Shown here in pieces: positions 40,941 through 53,432 of a stretch of 64,000 nt of DNA (within the stretch, counting starts at the first letter, position 1; every line of letters starts with the position of its first letter). Under the pieces are notes generated by a model. It searched no databases. It was not told the origin of the DNA and saw only the letters and a list, made by a program, of their open reading frames with translations. This stretch comes from Octopus vulgaris (taxonomy: Eukaryota), in the NCBI GenBank assembly GCA_951406725.2, contig OX597821.1, forward strand, positions 68,076,001 through 68,140,000, in the 5' to 3' direction. Position numbers and translations under genes: made by a program.

Positions 40941-41935
40941 ACAATAACACCCCGGTCTCGCGCCATTTCCGCTCAACCGGTCAATCACTACAGCATCCGT
41001 CTGTGTCCGGACTGTCTTAGCACAGCGACCATCTGAGCGCCCGCCTTCGCCGTGAAAAGGAATTAATCTTCTCTCTTGGCTCCTTTGTGCTACGTGGGCT
41101 CAACTCACCTCCTCTCTTCATCTGATACCTACCTTACCTCTCACTTCATTGATACCACTCCACACACATTAGCACTGACTACTTCCCAGCACCCACACCT
41201 CACACCATCATCCACACACCAACACACCATCTTCAATAACGTCACAACACATACCATTATATGAATAGCCACATACACCGTTTAACTCAGTACACACACC
41301 AGACACCATCATGCGCACTCCCACACCCATGCAAGCACATAATACCTGAACACAGACTATATATGCACGCACACACAATACGCATTAACACACGCTATAT
41401 ACATAGACAAAGATAACTTTCACCTACATATATACACCATACACTTGCACACTGTTTGGTCACAGACACACACACACATGTGCTCACACCACGTAAAAAC
41501 ACATCACAATTGCTACACACAATACACAGGCATACACGCGTTACAGAGGCACACACTTACAGACGTACACACTCACCACACTTCAGCGTCACCAGCCCCT
41601 ATTCACACACATTGACACACATCATTCTCACACACACACGCACGCGCACCTTCTTTTGGGATCACCAGAACTTTATTATCTGCCGTTCAACCTCTTTTCT
41701 TTATTATTATCTCCCTTTCTTTCAAACTGTTTTTTTAATCATACGTCATGTTGCAACGCTGAACACTGTTTTTTTTTCATTCTCTCTCTGTTTATTTTCT
41801 CTTATTCCTTTCTGTTGAAGAGCGTAAGCTCGAAAGGTAAAATACTTTTTTATTTTCCCCGAGCGTCAAATTAATACACTTGTTTCTTGTTCATACACCT
41901 GTCTTCGTCTTTTGTTTTTCTATAAATTTCAACTG
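40941..41935 (+). mobile_element. 3' end of a Penelope-like retroelement: GIY-YIG endonuclease C-terminus and terminal repeat
   Basis: 40952-41125 translates PVSRHFRSTGQSLQHPSVSGLS*HSDHLSARLRREKELIFSLGSFVLRGLNSPPLFI*, matching the PLE pattern PVA.HF...R..RE..LI..L....P.GLN. A CA-rich UTR and a hammerhead-like motif follow. Confidence 0.85.
41807..41845 (+). ncRNA. Degenerate hammerhead-like motif in the PLE terminal repeat
   Basis: CTTT-CTGTTGA-A-GAGC gtaa GCTC-GAAAG-GTA-AAA; substitutions in both core boxes. Confidence 0.55.
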
Positions 41936-42100
41936 TGTGAATATATAGTTTTATCATAGAGCTGAAAAGACAATCAAAACTGAAATTTTTCGCAACGGAT
42001 TATGAAGTTTTTTGAGCTTCAGTAAAAGAATATGTTTTACTCTTAACTTTGTATTCGAGTGCTATTACTTCCACCTTGCTTAGCACCTCTATGCAAGCAC

Positions 42101-42131
<31 letters not shown>

Positions 42132-42169
42132 CACACATACATACATACATACATACATACATACATACA

Positions 42170-42205
<36 letters not shown>

Positions 42206-42308
42206 TACATACATACATGCGGACATACATACACACACATATATGTATATGTGTGTGTCCTATTATATGCATCAGAAGCAGCATTAGATTACAATAGCCA
42301 TATGTGTA

Positions 42309-43103
42309 AGACTGGCTGTGTGGTAAGTAGCTTGCTTACGAACCACGTGGTTCCGGGTTCAGTCCCACTGCGTGGCACATTGGGCAAATGTCTTCTACAC
42401 TAGCCTCGGACCGACCAAAGCTTTGTGAGTAGATTTGGTGGACGGAAACTGAAAGAAGCCTGTCGTATATATGTACATATATATGTATGTGTGTGTATAT
42501 GTTTGTGTGTCTGTGTTTGTCCCCCCAACATCGCTTGACAACCGATGGCAGTTTGTTTACGTCCCTGCAACTTAGCGGTTCGGCAAAAGAGTAAGTACTA
42601 GGCTTAGAAAATATAAGTCCTGGGGTGGATTTGATCGACTAAAGGCAGTGCTGCAACATCTTCTTGCACATGCATTGCACGATAACAGCATTGATTATGC
42701 TTCGTGCAATGGCCATACTCGATAACGAGGAGGCAGCCACCACCATGTGGGCACAGGACGCCACGAAACGTATACAAGAAAAAAATACGAAGCACGAACA
42801 CATGGAACATGAACTATTCTTTTGAGCGACATACATACATACATACAAACCTACATGAACATACCACCATCGGTTGTCAAGCGATGTTGGGAGGACAAAC
42901 ACAGACACACAAGCATATATACGCACATACGTATATGTATATATATATACGACGGGCTTCTTTCAGTTTCCGTCTACCAAATCCACTCACAAGGCTTTTG
43001 TCGGCCCGAGTCTATAGTAGAAGACACTTGCCCAAAGTGCCACGCAGTGGGACTGAACCCGGAACCATCTGGTTCGTAAGCAAGCTACTTACCAGACAGT
43101 CAC
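42309..43103. mobile_element. Two family B SINEs tail-to-tail (42309-42656 +, 42864-43103 -) flanking an unassigned 170-bp segment
   Basis: Family B matches in opposite orientations. Confidence 0.85.
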
Positions 43104-43149
43104 CCCTATGTACATATACATATGTATATATGCATATATACATATTATT

Positions 43150-43181
<32 letters not shown>

Positions 43182-43635
43182 TGTATGTATGTATCGCTAT
43201 AAATTCTCAACAATCAATGCATTTCAATGTTGGACCATCAATAGCATCACTAGACTATACAGGCCGCAATCACCTGTATTTTTACCTTGTCGTTTTCGAA
43301 TGTTTTTCTCGTTTTCCATTTTTAATGTTGTATCGTTATAAAACCCGTTTCCTCATACGCAAACAGGCAAGCCTGTTGCAACAGTGTTTGCTCTGCTAGA
43401 ATAATTGAAGAGCAACTCAATGAATAGCTGTGTGAGTTGTGCACGTTGTAGTTGTTGTGTAAGCAAGCACGTTTGTGTATGTACATGTGTCAGAGAGAGA
43501 GAGGGGGGGAGAGTGATTGTGTGTGTAAGCACGTGTGTGTGTGTGTGATAGGGGTGTAATAATTTATTGGGCCGGTTTTGAATTAGTAGAAATGTAACTT
43601 ACTGCGCGTACTTTTAATGTTTTAATCTGCCATGA

Positions 43636-43853
43636 GGCGGCGAGCTGGCAGAACCATTAACATGCCACCAAAAATTCTTAGCGACATTTCGTCCGTCTTT
43701 ACATTCTGAGTTCAAATTCCGCCGAGGTTGGTTTCGCCTTTTATTGTTTCAGGGTCAATAAAATAAGTACCAGTTGAGTACTAGGGTCGATGTAACCGAC
43801 TTAACCCCACTCTTCTAAAATTGCTGGCCTTGCGCCAAAATTTGAAACCAATA
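43636..43853 (+). mobile_element. SINE family A (tail 2)
   Basis: Family A head and core; imperfect TSD TTTTAA(T/C)CTGC(C/T)AT. Confidence 0.88.
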
Positions 43854-44299
43854 TTTTAACCTGCTATATAAAGCATACTCCATCATTAAAATACATATTT
43901 TCCCTCTCTCACTCACTCTCTCTTCCTTACTCTCTCTTTCTCTTCCTTGCTCTCTTACTCTCTCTATCTCTCCCCCTCTCTCTCACCTCTGTATGTCGCC
44001 AGAAAAATTAGGTCGGTCTGAGTATTCACTGATTTTAATCGATTCGTCAGTAAGAACTCTAAAATCGGAATCGAAAAGTAAATTCCTTCTAAGGAAAATA
44101 ATAGATGATTGCTGTTGCACGTATTTATTTATTTATTTATTTATTTTTCATCAGTTCTGTTAGAATGGTTTTACCACCAACTGCTGTGCTAATTGATATT
44201 GCAGAACAAACATACATATTCCATGTAGATACAAAGTCTATGCAACAAACTTGATACCAGTAGAGAAAAAAAATGTACCCTGGTTCTATAATCTTGCTC

Positions 44300-44440
44300 C
44301 CTGGCTGTCTGATAAGAAGCTTTCTTACTAACCACATGGTTCCGGGTTCAGTCCTACTGCGTGGCACCTTCTGCTATAGCCCCGGTCCGACCAAAGCCTT
44401 GTGAATAGGTCTGGAAGACGAGAACTGAAAGAAGCTCGTC

Positions 44441-44475
<35 letters not shown>

Positions 44476-44718
44476 TGTATGTATGTATGTGTATAATATC
44501 TTATAATGAATACATTTGTGGCTGTGTTTTTTCCCCCAACACCACCGCGTGACAACTAGCGTAGGTGTGACTACGTTCCCGTAACTTAGCGACAAAAGGC
44601 ACCGATAGAATAAGTACTAGGTCTAAAATATAAGTCTTGGGGTCGAATTGTTCGACTAAAACCCTTCGAGGCAGTGCTCCAGCATGGCCGCAGTCAAACG
44701 ACGGAAACAAATAAGAGA
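44300..44718 (+). mobile_element. SINE family B, near full length
   Basis: Both halves present with an internal (TA)n. Confidence 0.85.
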
Positions 44719-45573
44719 AACACCTTAGACCCGTACATTTTCTTCCATTGTCAGTTACTCTCTTCTTTCATTCATGTCTACAAATCCCTTTCCACGTCCG
44801 TTCTTGCATCTATTAACCCATATCTACTTCGTACAGCCGCCATTCATATTACTTACCAACACCTTACACTCAAATCTGTTGCTGCTATCTTTTGTCAAAA
44901 ATTCTGTTCGACAATATATTTCAAACACTGCAGACAACAGCAAAATAACACGAAGCAACGTCTAAATGTTGGCATTGAAAATTTTAACTATCTTTTGTCA
45001 TCATATGTCCAGACCAAGTCAGAATCGATAAAACGTGCATATGTATTAGAAGACGCCTTTCAATAAACTTCGAAAACGGAGACTCGTACACGTTAACAAT
45101 TTTCACCTCGGGAAACACATCAAAAAAGAAGACAGAGAAAAATGGTAATATGCAAAACATGGATAAGAGGAAATACTTGCATAAAATCAGTCATAAAACA
45201 AACATGGAGTGAAATAATGGAAATTTGAAGAAGAGACAACAGGAGACGTCTGAAATTGAATTTACAATTTCCTAAACAAACGGAAAACTGTTTGAATTGC
45301 ATTTGCTATTTCGAATGGATTTCTTTTTGTTTATTTTTTTCTTTTAGGTTTTTCTGCCTCTTAAAATTTTGCTTTGATTATCGATGACTACGGCAACAAC
45401 GATGATGATGATGATGATGATGATGACAGACGATGATGATGATGACAGACGATGATGATGATGATAATGATGATGATGATGATGATGATGACGACGACTA
45501 CGATGACGATCTTGATGGTCTTGACTTTCATAATGTGGACGAGGTTCTTTTTCATTATTTATTTATTTATTTA

Positions 45574-45671
<98 letters not shown>

Positions 45672-45825
45672 ATTATTATTTGGGTTTTCGAATATACCAA
45701 TTTTTAACCAATCAGAAATGCAATGCTCCTAGAATGATGCTTGCCAAAATGAAAATCAAGCAGCGGAATAAACGAATGTACAAATATTTTGATACGCAAG
45801 CAAATTATATGCGAATGTGCTAGCC

Positions 45826-45888
<63 letters not shown>

Positions 45889-46363
45889 CCCATGTACGTG
45901 TGCATCATTATCCACCAATCTCCGCCTGTCTCTCGGTTTCTCTTACTATTTGCACTTGCCTGTCCAACCCAAACCATCTCCCTCACTCTCTCCCCCTCCC
46001 CCTCCCCCTCTTTCTCTGTTCGCCTCCTCTGGCAAACCTTTATTTTTTTTTTACAGTGGAATGCTTGGGAACTACATTTCTGCTATATTTGATTTCTTCA
46101 CGGATTCGTACTTGCGAGAGAAAAGATTGCAAGTGTCGCCGCCGTCGTCATTGTCATCATTGTCATCATCACCATCACCATCATCACCATCATCACCATC
46201 GCCATCATCATCATCACCATCACCATCATCATCATCTACATCACCATCATCATCACCACCATCTTCCTTACCATTATAATCAGTTATAATTATGAATGGA
46301 TGTCCTCGGTTTGATTACAAAAAACACTACCCAATATTAAGATTCAATTTACCATTTTAAATG

Positions 46364-46441
<78 letters not shown>

Positions 46442-46448
46442 ATATATC

Positions 46449-46509
<61 letters not shown>

Positions 46510-46619
46510 ATAGAACAATTATTCTGCCCGGATTGATAATCCCTTACTATTAGCACTGGGGCTAATGAGCAGTAGCGACGTCCCTTCAGGACAGCCATAT
46601 TCTGTTGGCAATCAGCTTT

Positions 46620-46651
<32 letters not shown>

Positions 46652-46655
<4 letters not shown>

Positions 46656-46894
46656 AAGAGGAAAAGGATCCCATCAACTTTAAACGGAGTCTGGACGGAT
46701 TTCTTCAAGGAATACCGGATAAGCCACCCATACCTGGATATAACTCACTCAACAAGAACTCACTACTTGAATGGACCATAAACAAAACTTGACTTAAACA
46801 GGATTTAGATAATCCTATCAGGCGGTTCTATTAAGTTAGACATGGCCTGGACCAATCTTGGGTCGAAACACATTTAAGATTTTTATCTTATCTA

Positions 46895-46900
<6 letters not shown>
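46652..46900 (+). mobile_element. 3' end of a CR1-group LINE
   Basis: IKEEKDPINFKRSLDGFLQGIPDKPPIPGYNSLNKNSLLEW* fits the FK..LD.FL..IPD.P...GY ORF2 terminus; short UTR; flanked by (TA)n. Confidence 0.7.
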
Positions 46901-46931
<31 letters not shown>

Positions 46932-46932
<1 letters not shown>

Positions 46933-47126
46933 TATTTTATAGAAGGAGCTTCTACAGGACTAGAACTGTTTCATTCAGATGAAATCTTCAGGAAGCTTCC
47001 TGAAGATTTCATCCGAATGAAACAGTTCTAGTCCTGTAGAAGCTCCTTCTATAAAATAAATTACTTTACTCTGCTATGTATTGAGTACCTTATTTACTGT
47101 GGTTAACCCCGACTCAACCCGGGACC
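46932..47126. mobile_element. 128-bp palindrome (46932-47059) encoding a hammerhead motif on each strand, plus a 3' tail, in (TA)n
   Basis: Axis GGAAG|CTTCC; 64-bp arms with one mismatch. The + strand at 46995-47043 reads GCTTC-CTGAAGA-T TTC atcc GAA T-GAAACAG ttctagtc CTGTA-GAAGC. Confidence 0.85.
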
Positions 47127-47346
47127 TATATATATATATATATATATATATATAACAGTAGTTTGCAATGTTTGACCAAAGAGGACAGTTATAATGTTCA
47201 CTAAATGTGAGTAGGGTGTTAAAAACATCGACATTGCTAGAAATAAGTGCTAAAGCTCTCCAATGCTCAACAGCATTGGACCACTTTAGCTCTTATTTCT
47301 AGTACTTTAGGTGTTTCCTAACACTCTAGTCACATTTAATGGTAAT

Positions 47347-47381
<35 letters not shown>

Positions 47382-47896
47382 AGATAGCTAGATAGATACA
47401 TATATACATACACATGCATGCATACACACATGCATAAATATATGTACATATATAGATAGATACATACATAAATTCATACATACGTACATACATACAAACA
47501 CACACACACACACACAGAGTTTCTTATCGCATCTATGCAACACAAAAGAAACCGAATAAATTTGACAAATGACAGAACCTCCCATAACAGAATATTTTAA
47601 TTATGTGTTATCTGAAGATGAAGAACATGTTTTCGTAAAAGTAAGTTCTCTTTTAGTTTCCACACACACTGACGGAGGCTAGTGTCATGCGCAGACTGAC
47701 GCATGTCTCGTAGCTCTCACACATACATACACACTGCTAATTGTCATTTGCATGTGCAGCGTCCGTTTGAATCTCTCACACGCTCCCTCTTGCTCTCACT
47801 CTCAACCTCATTCTGTTTTTCTGTCTCACATTCTTTTTCTCTCTTTCATTCATTTTCACTGTCACTTTCTCTCTCAACCTCTCTCTTTCACTCTCT

Positions 47897-47937
<41 letters not shown>

Positions 47938-48034
47938 TTAAACCGCCGGTACAATTTCACTATATCGTTTCCATATTCTGACACATTCCTTACACCACGA
48001 GACTGTCGTTAGCACTTTAATATAATAGATTATA

Positions 48035-48572
48035 CGGTGGCGAGTTGGCAGAATCGTAGCACGGCGGGCTAAATCCTTAGCGGTATTTCGTCTGCTTTAC
48101 GTTCTGAGTTCAAATTCCGCCGAGGTCGACTTTGCCTTTCATCCTTTCGGGGTCGATAAATTAAGTACCAGTTACGCACTGATGTCGATGTAATCGACTT
48201 AATCCGTTTGTCTCTCCTTGTTTGTCCCCGCTATGTTTAGCCGCTTGTGGGTAATAAAGAAATAGGTATTTCGTCTGTCGCTACGTTCTGTGTTCAAATT
48301 CCGCCGAGGTCGACTTTGCCTTTCATCCTTTCGGGGTCGATAAATTAAGTACCAGTTACGCACTGGGGTCGATGTAATCGGCTTAATCCGTTTGTCTCTC
48401 CTTGATTGTCCTCTCTGTGTTTAGCCCCTTGTGGGTAGTAAAGAAATAGGTATTTCTTCTGCCGTTACGTTCTGAGTTCAAATTCCGCCGAGGTTGACTT
48501 TGCCTTTAATCCTTTCGGGGTCGAATAAATAAGTACCCAAAAATATCGGACCTTGTTCCTAGAGTAGAAAAG

Positions 48573-48613
<41 letters not shown>

Positions 48614-48826
48614 GGAGGCCAGCTGTCAGAACCGTTAGCGCGCTGGACGAAATGCTTAGCGGTATTTCGCCCGTTGCTACATTCTGAGTTCAAATTCCGC
48701 TGGGGTCGACTTTGGCTTTCATCCTTTCGGAGTCAATAAATTAAGTACCAATGATACACTGAGGGTTGATATAATCGGCTAATCCCCACGTCACAAATTT
48801 GAGATCTTGTACCTCCAGTAGAAAAG

Positions 48827-48900
<74 letters not shown>

Positions 48901-49705
48901 GACGGTGTGCTGGCAGAATCGTTAGCACGCCGGGTGATATACTTAGCGGCATGTCATCCGTCATTACATTATGAGTTCAAATTCTGCCGTGGTCGACTTT
49001 GCCTCTCATCTTTTTCGGGGTCGATAAATTAAGTACTAGTCAAGTACTGTAGTCGACTAGTAATTGACTAGTCCCCTCACACAAAATATGAGGCCTTGTG
49101 CCTATTTTAGTAAGGACTATTATTATGAATAAGGCGGCGAGCCCACAGAATCGCTAGTACACCGGGGGAAATGCTTAGCGGCATTTTGTCAGTCATTACA
49201 TTCTGATTTCAAATTCCGTCGAATTCGATTTTGCCTCTCATCTATTTCGGAGTCGATAAAATAATCGACTCACACCATCCCCACAAATCCAGAATTACTG
49301 CTCTTGTGCCAAAATTTTAACCCATTAATATTATTATTCTGAATAAACCTGCGAGCTGGCAGAATCGTGAAGCACGCCGGCCAAATTCTTATTATGATTT
49401 TGTTCCGTGTCTTTACATTCTGTGTTTAAATCCCCAAGAGGTCAACTTTGCCTTTCATCCCTCCAGAATCAATAAAATAAGGTACCATTCATATAATGGA
49501 TCGATGTAATCAGCATGCTCCATCCCCTTAAATATGGATCGAATGCCACGCTACTTTTGTTCCAGCCCTCTCCGGTCTGAACTCAAAACCGGACGAGGTC
49601 AATTTTGCCATTCATTCCTCCAAGACAGCTAAAAATAAACTAACAGTCAAATACTAGGATCGATATAATCGATCAATATCTCCCCTCAAAATTGCAGTCC
49701 TTCCT
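48035..49705 (+). mobile_element. Head-to-tail array of about 8 family A SINE units
   Basis: Units start at about 48035, 48266, 48449, 48613, 48900, 49133, 49350 and 49570; some are separated by (ATT)n tails. Confidence 0.9.
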
Positions 49706-49989
49706 GTTATGTATTGTTTCATCTTTTATTTCGATCGCGTATAGTTTTGTTGTATTTATGTTTGGATGCGGGCATGGGTTATATCAATTTCGCTATATCA
49801 TGTCTGGAACAGAGATTGTAGTTTTCCAAGCTGGACCGTACGACGTGTTATCTTAGATGCGTCTAAAATTATTTTTTAATGTATATATACCAGTGTTTAC
49901 GTTGCTATTGTATTATTGTTGCATACTGAAGACCTTCAGTATATATATATACATTCAATATATATACCTACATATATGTATGCGCGTGT

Positions 49990-50188
49990 ATATGTTTGTG
50001 TGTCTGTGTTTGTTACCCCCAATATCGCTTGACAACCGATGCTGGTGTGTTTATGTCCCCGTAACTTAGCGGTTCGGCAAAAGAGACCGATAGGCTTACA
50101 AAGAATAAATCCTGGGGTCGATTTGCTCGACTAAAGGTGGTGCTCCAGCATGGCCACAGACAAATGACTGAAACAAGTAAAAGAGTAT

Positions 50189-50266
<78 letters not shown>

Positions 50267-50636
50267 GCAGGAGTGGGTGTGTGGTAAGAAGCTTGCTTCC
50301 CAACCACAAGGTTCTGGATTCAGTTCCACTGCGTGGCACCTTGGCCAAATGTCTTCTGCTATAAACTTGGACCGAGAGAAGCCTTGTGAATGGTTTTGGT
50401 AGATGGAAACTGAAAGAAGCCTGTCGTATGTGTTTGTGTGTGTCTGTCCCCCACCCCACCATTGCTTGCCAAGCGATGCTGGTGTGTATACGTTCCCGCA
50501 ACGTAGCGGTTTGACAAAAGAGACCGAGAGAATAAGTACCATGCTTACAAAGAATATGTTCTGGCGTTGATTTGTTCGACTAAAGTCTGTGCTATAGCAT
50601 GGCTGCAGTCAAATAACTGAAACAAATAAAAGAATA
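49990..50636 (+). mobile_element. Family B SINE 3' half (49990-50184) and a near full-length copy (50264-50636)
   Basis: Family B matches ending CAAATGACTGAAACAAGTAAAAGA and a close variant of it. Confidence 0.87.
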
Positions 50637-50642
50637 AGATAG

Positions 50643-50704
<62 letters not shown>

Positions 50705-50707
<3 letters not shown>

Positions 50708-50870
50708 CTGTAGTATAATATGTGACAATTATTCTGTTGCCATACTAAAACTCCGAGTTTTATTATGGCAACGGAATAATTGTCACATATTATATTACAG
50801 ATAAATTCCTCTATTTACATTATATCGAGGTCTCATTCATTCTTTTGTTGTCATACCATTACTATTAATA
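50705..50870. mobile_element. Fold-back palindrome (50705-50803) of the PLE-type terminus seen at 29746-29980
   Basis: Arms TATCTGTAGTATAATATGTGACAATTATTC...AAAACTC, a single C, then GAGTTTT...CACATATTATATTACAGATA. The right arm continues as the family tail. Confidence 0.8.
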
Positions 50871-51019
50871 TGTGTGCGAGTGTTGTGTGTGTGTGTGTGT
50901 ATGTATGTATATATGTACGTATGTATGTATGTATGTATGTATGTATGTATGTATGTATGTATGTATGTATGTATCATCAAGAAGAATAGAGAATTATACG
51001 TTTTAGTTTGTATCTGTGG

Positions 51020-51500
51020 AGTACGTCCATGCTGGGGCATAGCCTTGAAGAGTTTATGCGAATAAATCGATCCCAATACTTTACTTTTAAGCCTCGTACT
51101 TAGCTTATCGTTTCCTTTCTATTGAACTGCTTAGTTACGGAGACGCAAACAAGCCAATAGCAGTTGTCAAGCGGTGGTGGGGACAAACACAAAGACGCAC
51201 ACACACACACACACACATACATACTTACATGCATGGGCTTCTTTCAGTTTCCGTCAACCAAATTCACTCACAAGGTTTTGGTCGGCACGTGGCTATAGCA
51301 GAAGACACTCACCCTAGGGACAATCCTACACCGTTTGACAATCGGTGTTGGTTTGTTTACACTCCCTTAAATTTGCTGTTCGACAAAAATGACCGACGGA
51401 CAAGTATCAGATTTTGAAAAATTTATATTGAGGTCGATTTGTTCGACTAAATCTTTCCAATCGGTGGCCTCAATATGGCCACAGTCCAATGATAGAAATA
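51020..51500. mobile_element. Family B SINE fragments (51020-51310 -, 51330-51500 +)
   Basis: Diverged matches to the family B middle and 3' half. Confidence 0.7.
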
Positions 51501-51549
51501 TGTAAATGAATAATGGAATAAACTTTTCAATTTGTTTCATAACCATTTT

Positions 51550-52436
51550 TGACATCGAATTTACTGCAAACTCTGTGTGATATAATCAATATGGCAGTTG
51601 TCCAGCAACCAACAAATAATGGCTCCTTCTCTTGCTAGTGAATATGCTGTTCTCTCAAGAATGATGAATTGAAAACACCCTGATCTGCTGGACTAAAATG
51701 CATTGTAATATACGTTCATGTCCCTCATCGTTCTATATTCCAAATCCACCAATGCCTATTTTGGCTTTTACCTTTCCATAGTTTTAAAACATCGGTACCA
51801 ATCAACCACAGACGTTGATCAACTTGACTGTACAGAAACTCTGTCTTTCCCTACCTGTACTTATGCCAGAAATCACTATGCTAAAGTTATAATTTTATAA
51901 CTTGGATAACTAATCAATTTATATCTATTACTTTATGGTTGGTATAATTGATAATTCAGACCTTGATATAAGTCAAGCTCTTTCATATTATATCCTTTAA
52001 ATTACCTCTTTCATTCCTTTGTACAGTATCAATTCTGTTTTATCCAGTCCCAGTGTTTATGCATGTGTTCGTCTTCTTTATTATTTTATTACTGCATATA
52101 AATCTGACATAATATATTGGTTTTATATATTTGCCAAACTCGGGGTGACTTTAGCATATTTTTCCAATCTCATATTCACTTATTGATGAGTCCATTTACA
52201 GCATTTAGTAGCTTCTTCAATTGTCTGTTTATCAGTTATTGTCACATTTTAGGTCATATATAGATAGGAGATGGTTTATAGTTTTTCCTTGACATTTGCA
52301 ACCATTGTAGCTTGGTTCAACACATCTGCTATTGCTGCTGCTAGAGTTAGGAAGACATTTTAATAGAAATAGGAAATTTCTTTAAAAAATTGCTCTTCCA
52401 ATGGTACAAAAACTGTCTGTTTTCTATATTTTGTGC

Positions 52437-52486
<50 letters not shown>

Positions 52487-52900
52487 CCTTCATTTTGTTT
52501 TGTATATTGAAAAATCGATGTTTTCCAATGCGTCCTGACATGGTTGATATGCTGCCTTAATAATGCAGCTGCTTTGTTTGGAATCACTGTCTTCAATATC
52601 CAATGGCGCAGTACGCTGCCGAAAGGTTTTTAACAATCAATCGATGCTAAGATTAAATTATTTTCTTGCTGTTTGTCATAATTGGCTGCTTTACCAATAG
52701 TTGTTCCATATAGCTATACAAACCGTTCCGGAACCATCTCTATTCAATTAGTGATATTATTAACCCCCAGATGGACAGCTGGCTTGTCAAAAACTTTACA
52801 CACTTTCGCTTTACTAATATAGCATGACATAATTATTCATATTAAATTTCACAATGTTGCTTCAGCTTGCTTTATCTACAAACACACCACGATGCGCCTT
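51550..52900 (-). pseudogene. Decayed reverse transcriptase region of an R4/Dong-clade LINE
   Basis: Frameshifted minus-strand remnants MEQLLVKQPIMTNSKK / NNLILASIDC*KPFGSVLRHWILKTV (cf. EQLL...NLSMAWIDYKKAFDSVPHSWIL) and GCKCQGKTINHLPIY.DLK (cf. INHLLYMDDLK). Boundaries approximate. Confidence 0.7.
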
Positions 52901-53199
52901 ATTATTTAACTTCATTGTGTGTGGTCAGGCTGTTCCTTTGTGTTTATATGAATTTGCAACAGAGTTCAAGTCTTGTGAAATGTGTTTGCTCTGTCTAATA
53001 CATGAATACAATAACTACGTCCATTAAAATTTTGAGATCAAATATTGTTGAGGTCAAATTAAACTTTCATAACAATGAAATGGATGGCATATTGTCTATA
53101 ACATGAAAGCTTAGCCATCACTCGCAAACGAGTATGAATTAATCAATTGTGCCAAACTTTCACCAGTTGTTCTCAGTGTTTATATAGTTGCGAGCAAAC

Positions 53200-53432
53200 A
53201 TGGCTATCCTTTCGATCCTCCTCCACTTAAGCCAGCGGAACATTGAGGATGTGACTGCTGGAGAAGGACAGAGATGAGTTTGTAGTCGGCTGGTACGCGT
53301 TTTTAAATTAGCAGAGTCGAGCAACTTGAAATTAATGGCCTTGTCCGAAAGGCCCAAAGCCTGCCCAGTCCAGAAATCGCACTTACGACCTTACTATCAT
53401 GAGCACAACACTTTAATCATTAGGCCACTGGC
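53200..53432 (-). mobile_element. Old family C-related SINE
   Basis: The reverse GCCAGTGGCCTAATGATTAAAGTGTTGTGCTCATGATAGTAAGGTCGTAAGTGCGATTTC resembles head H1. Confidence 0.55.

Noticed and set aside
49923-49942. ATACTGAAG-AC-CTTCAGTAT hairpin containing CTGAAGA next to (TA)n
   Set aside because: Too short to distinguish from chance.
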